A stretch of 64,000 nucleotides of DNA from Acidobacteriota bacterium. Its GTDB lineage: Bacteria > Acidobacteriota > Blastocatellia > RBC074. This document shows, piece by piece, positions 28,701-38,124 of the stretch (its first letter is position 1; every line of letters starts with the position of its first letter). The translations under genes were made by a program, and so were the position numbers. Under the pieces are notes generated by a model. That model was not told the DNA's origin. It did not search any database and saw nothing but the letters and a program-made list of their open reading frames with translations. The DNA is taken from assembly GCA_033763255.1 (NCBI GenBank), contig JANRKX010000067.1:33957-97956 (forward strand), read 5' to 3'.

Positions 28701-30030
28701 GGCGACTGACGCCAGTGGCTGCACGGGTGAACGCGATTACACGGTCGTCATCAACAACGCAGCTTGTCCGACGATCACCGTCAATCCAATCAACTCAACT
28801 TTGCCAACCGCGACCGTCGGAGTGGCTTACAGCCAGACCTTCACCGGCAGCGGCGGAATCAGCCCGTACAAATTCCGAGGCAACGGAAACGTTCCGCCCG
28901 GTTTGACGCCAACTCAAAGCGGCAACCTGTCGGGAACGCCAACCGCGCCGGGCAGTTACACGTTCACCGTGATTGCCGAAGACGCCAACGGTTGCACGGG
29001 CGAACGCAACTACACGCTGGTCGTCAACGCGGCGGCTTGCCCGACGATCACCATCAATCAAACCGGGTTGCCTCCCGGCATTGTCGGAGCGGTTTACAAC
29101 CAGACGCTGACCGTGACCGGCGGAACTTCGCCGTACACTTTCGCCGTCAGTTCAGGCAGCTTCCCGGCGGAGTTGATGCTGAATTCAACCAACGGCGCGA
29201 TTCTTGGCACGTTGGCAACGGCGGGCACGTACAACTTCACCGTGCGCGTGACCGACATCAACGGCTGCGTCGGCGACCGGACATTCACGCTGGTGATTTC
29301 CGCCAATCTGGTGACAAGCGTTTCGGCGGCGAGCTTTATCGCCGGAGGCACGCTGGCGCCCGAATCCATCGTCGCCACGTTCGGCACGAATCTGGCAACA
29401 ACCATTCAAGTTGCGACGACAACGACTCTGCCGACCGAACTTGGCGGTTGCAGCATGAAAATCAAAGACAGCGCAGGCGTCGAACGACTGGCTCCGCTGT
29501 TTTTCGTTTCGCCGACACAGATCAACCATCAAATGCCTGCGGGAACGGCGCTGGGCACGGCGGTCGTCACAGTGTTGAACGGCGTGAACATCGTCGCTAC
29601 TGGTTCGGTGGAAATCACCAACGTTTCGCCCGGAGTGTTTTCAGCAGATGCCAGTGGGCGCGGACTGGCTTCGGCTGTGGCGTTGCGCGTTCGGTCAAAC
29701 GGATTGCAAAGCTTCGAACCGGTCGTGCGATACGATTCGGCGCTGGGCAAATTCGTCGCCGAACCGATTGATGTCAGCAATCCCCTGGATCAGGTCTTTC
29801 TGGTGTTTTACGGCACGGGCTGGAAACTCCGCAGCGGCCTGGCGTCGGTTAGCTGCACCATCGGCGGCGTCACCAGCGAAGTCCTGTACGCCGGAGAAGT
29901 TCCGGGCTTCGTCGGGTACGATCAACTGAACGCCAAACTGTCGCCTTCGTTGGCAGGGCTTGGCGAAGTTGACGTGGTGATTACTGTGGACGGCAAGACG
30001 GCAAACACCTTGCGCGTGGCGTTCCGCTAA
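25747..30030 (+). CDS. giant secreted protein (about 1430 aa): about 13 tandem Ig-like (dystroglycan/cadherin-like) domains plus C-terminal Solibacter-type domain
   Basis: RBS aaggagg; signal peptide; repeated CP.ITI.P..LP.G..G..YSQ.....GG..PY; last about 240 aa about 45% identical to the C-terminus of the 9637-15117 protein. Confidence 0.85.
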   Translation: MNFMQSQVRHIGVALFTLLVLFALAALPNRQQVEVSAAQCPPIAVAPGSIPGGALGVTYSKTFTASGGQSPYTFSRSAGALPPGLFLNSGGGLGGTPTATGNYNFTIQARDANGCTGTRSYSMLVVCPSITLTNNLPGASLGVQYSQTISASGGDSPYTFSKTAGTIPPGLFLNSGGGLNGTPTALGNYNFTIQATDSNGCTGSRSYSILVVCPNITLNPASLPAATRGVAYSQNITASGGDSPYTYSLVSGSIPPGMFLGSNGSIGGTSNVTGTYSFLVRATDNNGCTGQRAYTVTVNCPNFLIFPANVPGATIGVPYSQNFTTTGGQSPYAYSLASGTLPPGMLLGSGGAFGGTPNTVGTYTFTLRSTDANGCADTRSYTINVSCPDIAVNPTTLAGGQVGELYSQTLTASGGQSPYTYLLFIGSLPSGLFLSANGTITGTPTAAGSYGFSIRARDNNNCFGLRAYTVVIAPACSTITLNPATLPNGSTGVPYSQTVTPSGGQSPYSFSIISGGLPAGLTLSPSTGVISGTPTSTMGNASFTVRATDANGCSGQRAYTIQTTCPTINIATNNINATVGASFLQTIFANGQTSPFTFSFAPPSAPAWLNISTTGVLTGTPPAAGGYSFGVKATDANGCSNIKTITVTATCPTITINPTTLPAGTVGATYSQVFSASGGTAPYLFGTQASALPPGLTLNTNGTLSGTPTTAGSYSFIIRGNDANGCFGERSYTLVINPLTCPTITINPATLPNGTAGAAYSQTLSGTGGTAPYEFNLFSGTLPTGLTLTSAGLLSGTPTTPGSFNFIVRTRDANGCIGARNYTVVANCPTITINPPGILSGRVGEAYSWSFNATGGQPPYTYSVSGALPAGLAFSPPNTISGTPTAAGSFNITARTTDANGCIGERNYTLIVNNQACPTITINPATLPNGIVGATYNQTLSATGGTAAYAFSITTGALPNGLSLSTSGALTGTPTSAGSYNFRAKATDASGCTGERDYTVVINNAACPTITVNPINSTLPTATVGVAYSQTFTGSGGISPYKFRGNGNVPPGLTPTQSGNLSGTPTAPGSYTFTVIAEDANGCTGERNYTLVVNAAACPTITINQTGLPPGIVGAVYNQTLTVTGGTSPYTFAVSSGSFPAELMLNSTNGAILGTLATAGTYNFTVRVTDINGCVGDRTFTLVISANLVTSVSAASFIAGGTLAPESIVATFGTNLATTIQVATTTTLPTELGGCSMKIKDSAGVERLAPLFFVSPTQINHQMPAGTALGTAVVTVLNGVNIVATGSVEITNVSPGVFSADASGRGLASAVALRVRSNGLQSFEPVVRYDSALGKFVAEPIDVSNPLDQVFLVFYGTGWKLRSGLASVSCTIGGVTSEVLYAGEVPGFVGYDQLNAKLSPSLAGLGEVDVVITVDGKTANTLRVAFR

Positions 30031-30038
30031 GGAAATGT

Positions 30039-30142
30039 GAGGTGCGGTGGCTCGACACCGCTTTTCGTTCGCGGTTGAAATCTCCGATAACAACGGACTC
30101 TCGACTGAGAACGCAAAGCTACGTCGAGCCGTAGCACTCCAC
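30039..30142. repeat. palindromic MITE-like element
   Basis: GAGGTGCGGTGGCTCGACACCGCTTTTCG...GCAAAGCTACGTCGAGCCGTAGCACTCCA. Begins 8 nt after the giant gene stop. Confidence 0.6.
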
Positions 30143-30308
30143 ACGCTGCTCGACATCGGCAACAGAGCCGAAGCATACTTCGCGGCAGCGGGTTACGTTC
30201 AATTTCAGAAACTGCATACACATTTCACTTCTCTCCAAACGATTTTTTCCAAACAGGCATTTGAGTTGGCGCTCAAGTGCCTGTTTGTTTTCTGATAAGG
30301 AAAAGGAA

Positions 30309-33212
30309 ATGAAGTTCGCCCACACAACTCATTTCGCAACGGCGCTTCGCCGATTCAACCTGCCGCTATTGGCGTTTTTAGTGTTGTCGGCCAGCTTACA
30401 ACTTTTCAACGCCAGCGCCGCCGAACAGGATCAAACTCGATTGCGAGCCACGCAATTAAGCAAGGAGGCGAGGGCGTTGCTCGAAAAAGCGCCGCCGCTC
30501 GCCGACGAAGACGCGCGACAATGCCTGGCCAAGCTGGAAGAAGCGTTGCAGCTTTGGCAATTGCTGGACGACCGAATGATGATCGGCGACACCTTGCTGG
30601 ATACCGGATTGCTGAACGTCAAAAAATTCGATTACACAACGGCGCTGGAATTTTTTGAAAGATCATTGCCCTTCTTTCCGCCGACGGATGAAGGCAATGC
30701 TTCCAAAGCGACCGCGCTGAACAACATCGCCAACGTTCATCAGCGATTGGGCGAAACGCCGACGGCGTTGCAGTTTTATCGGCAAAGTCTGGAACTGAAA
30801 AAGCCAGGAAAATCCAAAGCCATCACAGTGGACAACATCGGCGGCGTTTATCACCGAATGGGCGAACATCAACTGGCGCTGGATCATCATCAACAGGCGC
30901 TGGCGTCATTCCGCGAATTGGGGCTGCGGCGCGACGAAGCCGTGGCAGTCAATAACGTGGCGGCTGTGCTCGGTTCTTTGGGCGATCTGCACAGTGCGCG
31001 CGAGTACCTGTTGCAAGCGTTGGCGCTGATTCGCCAGGTTGGCGACAAAGAAGAAGAAGCGACTTATCTTTACAATTTGGGCTATGCCTCGTTTCAGATG
31101 GGCGAACATCGTCAATCGCTGGATTACGCCGGTCAGTCGCTCAAACTCAGCCGCGAAATCAAAGACCGATTTACCGAAGCCGATTCGATCACCTTGCTCT
31201 GCAAAGCTCACCTGGCGTTGGGCGAAACCGAAACGGCGATTGAAGAATGCCAGCGCGCTTTGCCGTTACATCAAACCAACCGCGACCGGTTGAGCGAAGC
31301 GTTGACTCAATCGGCGCTCGGCGAAATTCACGAACTGACCAACAATCCTGCCAAAGCCGTCGAAGCGCGCACCGCTGCACTTGCGATTTACCGCGCCAAC
31401 GGCAACGCCAGCAGTGAAATGGATATGCTGCGCGCGCTTGGCCAGTTGGCAGTCAACGCCGGAGAGTTGGCTACGGCGCGTCGTCATCTGGATCAAGCCT
31501 TGCAACTCAGCGAAAGCCTGCGCGCGAAAGTCGGCAGCCATCAACTGCGTTCGACTTACATGGCCGGGTTGCAGCGCGTGTATGAAACTTACGTTGATTT
31601 GTTGATGCGACTGCACGAACAAGAACCAGGCAAAGGCCACGAAAAAGCCGCTCTGCAATTCGCCGAACGCGCTCGCGCTCGCGGGTTGTTGGATTTGCTG
31701 GCCGAATCGCGCGCGCAGATTCGACAAGGAGCCGACGCCGCGTTGCTGCAAAAAGAACGCGACCTGCTGCAACGTCTGAACGACAAGGATTCCGCGTGGA
31801 AAAGGCTACGCGCCAATCCTCGCACCAAAGCTCAAGCCGATGCGCTGGCGACGGAAGTCCGCGAACTGACCACACAGCTTGAACTGATTGAAGCGCAGGT
31901 TCGCGCGTCCAGCCCACGTTTTGCCGAACTGACCCAGCCTCAACCGATCAGCATCGAAGACATTCAAACTCGTTTGCTCGACGACGACACAGTGCTGTTG
32001 GAATTTTCGCTCGGCAAAAAACGAAGCTGGTTGTGGGCTGTGACGACCAAAGAAACTTTCGCATTCCAACTTCCCTCCCGGCGCGAAATCGAAACTTCAG
32101 CGCGCAAAGTGTACGAGCTTTTGACGACTCGGCAGCCGGTCAAAAATGAAACCGATGCCGCCAGGCAATCGCGCATCGCCGCAGCCAGCAAGGCTTTTCC
32201 GGCGGAAACCGCCAAACTCAGTCAAACATTATTTTCCGGCGTCGCCGCCAAATTCGATCAGGAATGGAAAGGCAAACGATTGTTGATCGTCGCTGGAGGC
32301 GCGCTGGAATACCTGCCGTTTGCCGCGTTGCCTCTGCCATCAGCCAAAGACCATCAACCGCTGATCGCCAATCACGAAATAGTGACTTTGCCGTCGGCAT
32401 CGGCGCTGGCCGCCATTCGCCGCGAAACCGCCGAGCGAAAACCGGCGACAAAAACGCTGGCGGTGTTTGCCGATCCGGTCTTCGAAGCGAACGATCCGCG
32501 CGTGACGTTGGCCGGGAAGAAAAGCGGGAAGAGTGATTTGGCTGTAAACGTCCGTTCGGCTGGCGAAGCTGTTTCAACGCAACCAACCAATTCGGAATTG
32601 CTGCGTGCGGTTGGCGATTTCAACCGAGGCGAACTGGCGCGTTTGCCGTTTTCGCGCGAAGAAGCCGACAAGATCGCGCAACTCGTGCCGCGCGCTTCGT
32701 TGCTGAAAGCGACAGACTTTCAAGCCAGCCGGTCAGGAATTTCCAGCGGTGAACTCAGCCGCTATCGCATCCTGCATTTCGCCACGCATGGTTTGCTGAA
32801 CGGCGAGCATCCGAAATTATCCGGGTTGGTGTTTTCGATGGTGGACGAACAAGGCAAAGCTGTGGACGGATTCCTGCGTTCGCACGAATTGTTCAATCTG
32901 CAATTGCCTGCTGATTTGGTTGTGCTGAGCGCCTGTCAGACGGCGCTGGGCAAAGAATTCAAAGGCGAAGGCTTGGTGGGAATGACCCGCGGTTTTATGT
33001 ACGCCGGGGCCGAGCGCGTCGTCTCCAGTTTGTGGCAGGTGGACGATCTGGCGACTTCGCAACTGATGGAACGCTTTTATCGCGGAATGCTGAAAGACAA
33101 CCAAAGACCGGCGGCTGCTTTGCGTAACGCACAGCTTGAACTGATAAAGCAGCGACGTTGGGCTTCGCCGTATTTTTGGGCGGCTTTCGTGCTGCAAGGC
33201 GAGTGGCGGTAA
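30309..33212 (+). CDS. secreted TPR-repeat protein with C-terminal CHAT (caspase-like) domain
   Basis: Signal peptide; about 8 TPR-like repeats; coiled coil; CHAT His/Cys dyad context ILHFATHG and DLVVLSACQTALG. Confidence 0.85.
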   Translation: MKFAHTTHFATALRRFNLPLLAFLVLSASLQLFNASAAEQDQTRLRATQLSKEARALLEKAPPLADEDARQCLAKLEEALQLWQLLDDRMMIGDTLLDTGLLNVKKFDYTTALEFFERSLPFFPPTDEGNASKATALNNIANVHQRLGETPTALQFYRQSLELKKPGKSKAITVDNIGGVYHRMGEHQLALDHHQQALASFRELGLRRDEAVAVNNVAAVLGSLGDLHSAREYLLQALALIRQVGDKEEEATYLYNLGYASFQMGEHRQSLDYAGQSLKLSREIKDRFTEADSITLLCKAHLALGETETAIEECQRALPLHQTNRDRLSEALTQSALGEIHELTNNPAKAVEARTAALAIYRANGNASSEMDMLRALGQLAVNAGELATARRHLDQALQLSESLRAKVGSHQLRSTYMAGLQRVYETYVDLLMRLHEQEPGKGHEKAALQFAERARARGLLDLLAESRAQIRQGADAALLQKERDLLQRLNDKDSAWKRLRANPRTKAQADALATEVRELTTQLELIEAQVRASSPRFAELTQPQPISIEDIQTRLLDDDTVLLEFSLGKKRSWLWAVTTKETFAFQLPSRREIETSARKVYELLTTRQPVKNETDAARQSRIAAASKAFPAETAKLSQTLFSGVAAKFDQEWKGKRLLIVAGGALEYLPFAALPLPSAKDHQPLIANHEIVTLPSASALAAIRRETAERKPATKTLAVFADPVFEANDPRVTLAGKKSGKSDLAVNVRSAGEAVSTQPTNSELLRAVGDFNRGELARLPFSREEADKIAQLVPRASLLKATDFQASRSGISSGELSRYRILHFATHGLLNGEHPKLSGLVFSMVDEQGKAVDGFLRSHELFNLQLPADLVVLSACQTALGKEFKGEGLVGMTRGFMYAGAERVVSSLWQVDDLATSQLMERFYRGMLKDNQRPAAALRNAQLELIKQRRWASPYFWAAFVLQGEWR

Positions 33213-34571
33213 TCAAATTTGATCGAGGATGATTTTGGCGATGGTCAGATAGATCAGTAAGCCCGTCGCATCCACCAGCGTCGTGATGAGCGGGGCGCTC
33301 AGCACTGCCGGGTCAACTCCGAAGCGGTGTGCGGCAATCGGAATGATGGAGCCAACCGTAGTTGACCAGACGCAAATGACGATGATGGTGGTGGCAATTG
33401 TCACCGCCAGATGCCAATCGTGCGTTACCCAGTACGCCTGCCCAAACGCAATGCAGCCGATCAGCAAGCCGACCAACAGCCCCGTCGCGGATTCGCGCAA
33501 GGCAACGCGCCAGGCATGTTTCACGCCGATTTCGCCCAGCGACAAACTGCGAATGACGGTCATAACGGTTTGCGCTCCGGCGTTGCCGCCCGTGCCAATC
33601 AGCAACGGAACGAAAAACGTCAGCGCGACGACCGAAGCCAGTTCGCTTTCAAATGCGTGAAGGACTTTGCTGGTCAGCGTTCCGGCGACGAACAAAAACA
33701 ACAACCAGCCGATACGCTTTCGCACAACACGCAAAATCGGATTGTCGAAGTAGGGTTTATCCAGCGCGCCGGGTTCGACGCCAGCCATGCGCAGAATATC
33801 TTCGGTTTGCTCTTCGATCATGACGTCAATGACATCGTCCACAGTGACAAAGCCGACCACGCTGCCATCGCGTTCCAGCACAGGCACGGCCAGCAAATTG
33901 TATTTGGCGATTTTTTGCGCGACGGATTCCTGATCATCGTCGGCGTGAACCGTCACCGGTTTTGGGCGCATGACTTTGGTGATGGACTGTTCCATTTCAG
34001 CCATCACCAAATCGCGCAAACTGATGGCTCCGAGCAAATGGCCGTTTGCCGGATCAAGCACGTAACAGGCGTAAATGGATTCTTTTTCGCGGGCGACAGC
34101 GCGGATGTGTTTCAACGCTTCGCCGACGGTCATCGTCGGATCGAGCCGCACGAATTCGGTGGTCATGATTCCACCGGCGGTGTGTTCCGCGTAACTGAGC
34201 AGGTGTTCGAGTTCGACTTTGACTTCGTTGCTGACTTTGCTGAGCACGCGACGGCGTTCGGTCAAACCCATTTGCTGGATGATGTCTGTGCGTTCGTCGG
34301 CTGAGAGGCCTTCCAAAATCATGGCCGTGCGCGTCGGGTCTAGCTTTTCCAGAATCGCGCCGCGTCGCGTCATCGTCGGCTGATCCATCAATTCGATGCC
34401 GCGCGGAACCGGCAACATCAACAACACTGTCGCCGCTTCAATCAGTTTCAACTGGTTGAGCAATTCGACCAAATCTTCCGGCGCAAGGTCGGCAACCTGT
34501 TCGCTGATGCCCATGAAACTTTCTTCAAGGCGAAGATTGATCCTCTCTCGAAGTTGTTCTACTGTCGCCAT
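33213..34571 (-). CDS. mgtE: magnesium transporter MgtE
   Basis: MgtE N-domain, tandem CBS, and 5-TM C-terminal domain ending ...[14 protein letters not shown]. Confidence 0.9.
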   Translation of the reverse strand: MATVEQLRERINLRLEESFMGISEQVADLAPEDLVELLNQLKLIEAATVLLMLPVPRGIELMDQPTMTRRGAILEKLDPTRTAMILEGLSADERTDIIQQMGLTERRRVLSKVSNEVKVELEHLLSYAEHTAGGIMTTEFVRLDPTMTVGEALKHIRAVAREKESIYACYVLDPANGHLLGAISLRDLVMAEMEQSITKVMRPKPVTVHADDDQESVAQKIAKYNLLAVPVLERDGSVVGFVTVDDVIDVMIEEQTEDILRMAGVEPGALDKPYFDNPILRVVRKRIGWLLFLFVAGTLTSKVLHAFESELASVVALTFFVPLLIGTGGNAGAQTVMTVIRSLSLGEIGVKHAWRVALRESATGLLVGLLIGCIAFGQAYWVTHDWHLAVTIATTIIVICVWSTTVGSIIPIAAHRFGVDPAVLSAPLITTLVDATGLLIYLTIAKIILDQI

Positions 34572-34629
34572 CCATCTTTACCTCCTTAAAAGGATGGGGA
34601 GATTGAGCGATAGAGGGATGGAGGGAGCC

Positions 34630-34977
34630 TTATAATTTCCAGTCTTCTGGATGAGTAATCATATTGACGAGCATCCCCAAGATGGCGTCGTATTCCCTGT
34701 AAAGCTCTTTCCCGATTTCAGGTGTAAGGTATCCACATTCCACACAAAACTGAAGCCACACCTGAGTTTCACATGCTTCGGCTTCAGAGTCCCCAAGCTT
34801 GCTGATCCACGCAGCCGGATAACGACGCTTTCGCCAGGCTTCGCCCAAATTGGCACAAACAGACCGGGACGACCGACGAATTTGATCCGTGAGCGAATAC
34901 TTCTCTTCCCGAGGGAACGACTTGGACAAGTCGTAAATTCGCATCGCCGCCGCAAAGGCTTTGATGTAAACCTCCAA
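34630..34977 (-). CDS. four-helix-bundle protein (TIGR02436-like)
   Basis: 115 aa; SFPREEKYSLTDQIRRSSRSVCANLGEAW...EAEACETQVWLQF pattern. Confidence 0.7.
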   Translation of the reverse strand: MEVYIKAFAAAMRIYDLSKSFPREEKYSLTDQIRRSSRSVCANLGEAWRKRRYPAAWISKLGDSEAEACETQVWLQFCVECGYLTPEIGKELYREYDAILGMLVNMITHPEDWKL

Positions 34978-35065
34978 ATCGGTATGCCTACGGATGACTT
35001 TCTTGGGTTAGTCATTCTGCGCCATGCAAATCTTCCTCTCTCAATCCCTCATTCCCTCTGTCTCT

Positions 35066-37609
35066 CTATCGCCGCTCTTCCCATTTGTGTTTCAGATCGT
35101 TCAGAAGGTCAACAAAACGCAGATCGCAACGCAAATTATCGAATCGGTTGCTGTCGGCAAACAGCGGATAATTTTCATTGCCAAGCTCAACGGCTTTTTT
35201 GAGCCATTCGACGGCTTCGTCGCGCTGGTTTTCCATCGCGTAAAACGAAGCCAGCCAAACCGAAACGTCATGATCGGCGGCGGCGGTTTCTTTGATCTGA
35301 TCGGTAATCAGCGCATGCGCTTCGGCGTGTTGGCCGCGCGCGCTCAGACACCAGGCCAGCACGATTTGCATCGGATCGAAATTCGGATGCTGGCGCAACA
35401 CTTCTTCAGTCAAAGTCTGGCAACGATCAATGTCGCCTTGATTGAAATAAGTAATCGCCAAAAAGGAGTTAATCAGCGGATGGTCGGGTTCGACGGCGCG
35501 GCCTTTTTCAAATTCGGTAATTGCCCGGTCGAATTCGTGGCGATAGGTGTACAACCGCCCACGGTTGTAACTGGCGATAATCACGTCGCGCGGATTGATC
35601 TCCAGCAGTTTGTCGTATTGTTTCAGCGCGCGGTCGTACAAACCGCTCAACCGATACAGCATTCCGGCGATGATAAACACCGTCGGATCGTGCGGAGCTT
35701 CGCGCCGGGCGTCGGCCAATGTCGCCAAAGCCTTTTCGCGCTCGCCTTTGTTCAGATAAACGTAAACCATCTGCAACCGCGCTCCGGCCAGTTTCGGGTC
35801 AAGTTCCAGCGCACGCATCAACGAAGTTTCAGCCAAGTCAAAATAATGCTGCCCGCCATAACCTTGCCCGTGATGAACCAGACAACGCCCCAGCGTGTAA
35901 TGCGCGCGGGCGAAATTCGGATCGAGTCGGATGGCTTCTTCCAACATCTTGATCGCCACATCCAGATCGTGATCGTCGAAACTGTGCGACATGTATTTGA
36001 ACATCAAATCGCGTCCGCGCAGATAAAACTCGTAAGCTTCGGCGTTGGTCGTCAGCGGACGTTCGATTTTCTGCTGCTCTTCGTCGGTCAGTTTCAGTTT
36101 CAATCCGGCGATGACTCGCTCGGCGATGGTGTCCTGAATCGTCAGCAAATCGTTGGCAGCCAGATCAATTTTGTCGCTCCACAAAATTTCTCCGGTGGCG
36201 GTTGTCAGCAATTGAGTCGTGACGCGAAAGCGTTCGGCGGCTTTGATAAAGCTGCCGACCAGCACAATGCTGACAGCAAGGTCTTCGCCAACCTGACGCG
36301 GTTCAGGGTTCTGCCCGGCGTACCGCGCGATGTATTGCGAAGGCCGAACGACCAGCGAACGCAGATGCGCCAGTTCGGCAATGATGCCGTCAGCCAGCGA
36401 GATTTCGTAAAAATTGTCTTCGGCATTGCCAGAAAGATTTTTGAACGGCAACACGGCAATCGTGCGTTTGCCTTCGGTTCCCCATGAAGGCGGACGCGAA
36501 GTCGAACCGGAACTGCTACGGAAACTGTTTGAGCTTGAATTGGGACTTGAAGAAGTCGCTGAGCGCGTTTCGGCTGTGGTCTGACTGCCGGAAGACTGGC
36601 TTGACGACCGCGTTGGAGCCTGACTGTTGCCATTGCGTTTTTTCCCGAACAATCCGCCGCCGAAGACTTTGCCCAGCGCGCTGGTCAATCGCCAGGTCGT
36701 TCGCGCTTGCTGAGGAGCAATCACGTTGCCGGCGACATCCGTCGGCGCAGCAGCTTCGCCAGTCAGTTCGCGCATCTGCGCTTTCAACTCTTCGAACATT
36801 TCGGCCATCGTCGAAAAACGATCTTTCGGGCTTTTGGCCATCGCGCGATCAATGATCGCTTGCAGATGATCGGGAGCGGTCGGGCAATCATCACAAACCG
36901 GATCAGGGTCTTTGTTAATGACCGCGTGCAGGATTTCAATGCGATGCCGCCCGGTGAACGGCTGCCGCCCGGTGACCATTTCATACAGCAACACGCCCAG
37001 ACTGAAAACGTCGGTTCGATGATCCACGCGCTCTCCGGCGGCTTGTTCGGGCGAACCATAACCCATCGTTCCGTAAGGCACGCCGAGTTCGGTCATGGAT
37101 TTGTCGGGATCGTACACATCATCCGCACCGAGCATTTTGGCCAAACCGAAATCCAACACCTTCACCTGGCCTTGATCGTTGACGATGATGTTCGACGGTT
37201 TGATGTCGCGGTGAACTATGCCTCGTGCGTGAGCCGCCACCAGCGCGTCGGCGATTTGAATGGCGATGGAAAGCGCGCTGCGGAGTTCCAACGGTTGCCC
37301 GGCGACGACCTGTTTCAAGGTGCGTCCGGGAATGAACGGCATGACGATGTAAAACCAGCCGTCGCTTTCGCCAATATCGAAAATGGCGCAAATGTTCGGA
37401 TGATCGAGCACGGAGGCGAGTTTGGCTTCGCGTTCAAATCGGCGACGAGCCGTCTGGCTGGCGGCGAGTTCAGGCAGCAGGGTTTTTAGAACAACCTGAC
37501 GATTAAGGCGGGTGTCTTCGGCCTTGTAAGCAGTTGCCTGCCCGCCCTGTCCAAGCTGTTCGATAATGCGGTAGTGAGAAAGTGTCTTGCCGGGCGCGAG
37601 CAGGGTCAT
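35066..37609 (-). CDS. Ser/Thr protein kinase with TolB-N-like periplasmic region and C-terminal TPR repeats
   Basis: Kinase motifs ([22 protein letters not shown]); Ser-rich linker; [11 protein letters not shown] motif; TPRs. Start at the internal MTLLAPG with RBS gagga. Confidence 0.85.
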   Translation of the reverse strand: MTLLAPGKTLSHYRIIEQLGQGGQATAYKAEDTRLNRQVVLKTLLPELAASQTARRRFEREAKLASVLDHPNICAIFDIGESDGWFYIVMPFIPGRTLKQVVAGQPLELRSALSIAIQIADALVAAHARGIVHRDIKPSNIIVNDQGQVKVLDFGLAKMLGADDVYDPDKSMTELGVPYGTMGYGSPEQAAGERVDHRTDVFSLGVLLYEMVTGRQPFTGRHRIEILHAVINKDPDPVCDDCPTAPDHLQAIIDRAMAKSPKDRFSTMAEMFEELKAQMRELTGEAAAPTDVAGNVIAPQQARTTWRLTSALGKVFGGGLFGKKRNGNSQAPTRSSSQSSGSQTTAETRSATSSSPNSSSNSFRSSSGSTSRPPSWGTEGKRTIAVLPFKNLSGNAEDNFYEISLADGIIAELAHLRSLVVRPSQYIARYAGQNPEPRQVGEDLAVSIVLVGSFIKAAERFRVTTQLLTTATGEILWSDKIDLAANDLLTIQDTIAERVIAGLKLKLTDEEQQKIERPLTTNAEAYEFYLRGRDLMFKYMSHSFDDHDLDVAIKMLEEAIRLDPNFARAHYTLGRCLVHHGQGYGGQHYFDLAETSLMRALELDPKLAGARLQMVYVYLNKGEREKALATLADARREAPHDPTVFIIAGMLYRLSGLYDRALKQYDKLLEINPRDVIIASYNRGRLYTYRHEFDRAITEFEKGRAVEPDHPLINSFLAITYFNQGDIDRCQTLTEEVLRQHPNFDPMQIVLAWCLSARGQHAEAHALITDQIKETAAADHDVSVWLASFYAMENQRDEAVEWLKKAVELGNENYPLFADSNRFDNLRCDLRFVDLLNDLKHKWEERR

Positions 37610-38124
37610 TTGAATCCTCTTTGTGATCTTGATTTGCTTTACATTGATTTCGATTGAGTGGGCACGCCGAATTTGCAACGGCGTAAAGGTCATCGAATGA
37701 CAAACCGTATGCTACTACCCGATGCTGACCGCTTCAAGATGCGGGTTGAAAAGAGTTGCAACTACGCCCGATGAAGAGAATTGATGGTGGGAACTTTTTT
37801 TGGGTGGGACGTGAATCGGACTCAGAACAACTGCCGTATTTTCGGAACCGATTATTCCTGGCAGACGGTAAGGCGCGAATTACAAGCCCAGCCGCGACGG
37901 CCAACGCTTCCTGACCAGCGTCGTGACCAAGCGCGCGCCTACACCGCCGATCAATGTGGCATTGAGATTGAATTGGATGACGAAAATGAAGAAGTGAGAT
38001 TTTCAGCCAGTCTTTTTTCAGCCGTAGCTCAAAGCGTAGCGGTAGTTTCGTCACTGATGCCCAGATCGCGGCGAATGGGTCGCACCAACAAATTCAGGAG
38101 CGGCGAACGTTGTTTCCGTCAGAT

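Noticed and set aside
25863-29771. Minus-strand and alternative-frame ORFs (25863-26597, 28191-28709, 28764-29771 and others) within the giant plus-strand gene
   Set aside because: Same reason: the in-frame Ig-domain repeats identify the true frame.
33411-34304. 297-aa plus-strand ORF
   Set aside because: It is antisense to mgtE.
35024-36487. 487-aa plus-strand ORF
   Set aside because: It is fully antisense to the TPR region of the Ser/Thr kinase (35066-37609), which has kinase motifs and a good RBS. It is an artefact.
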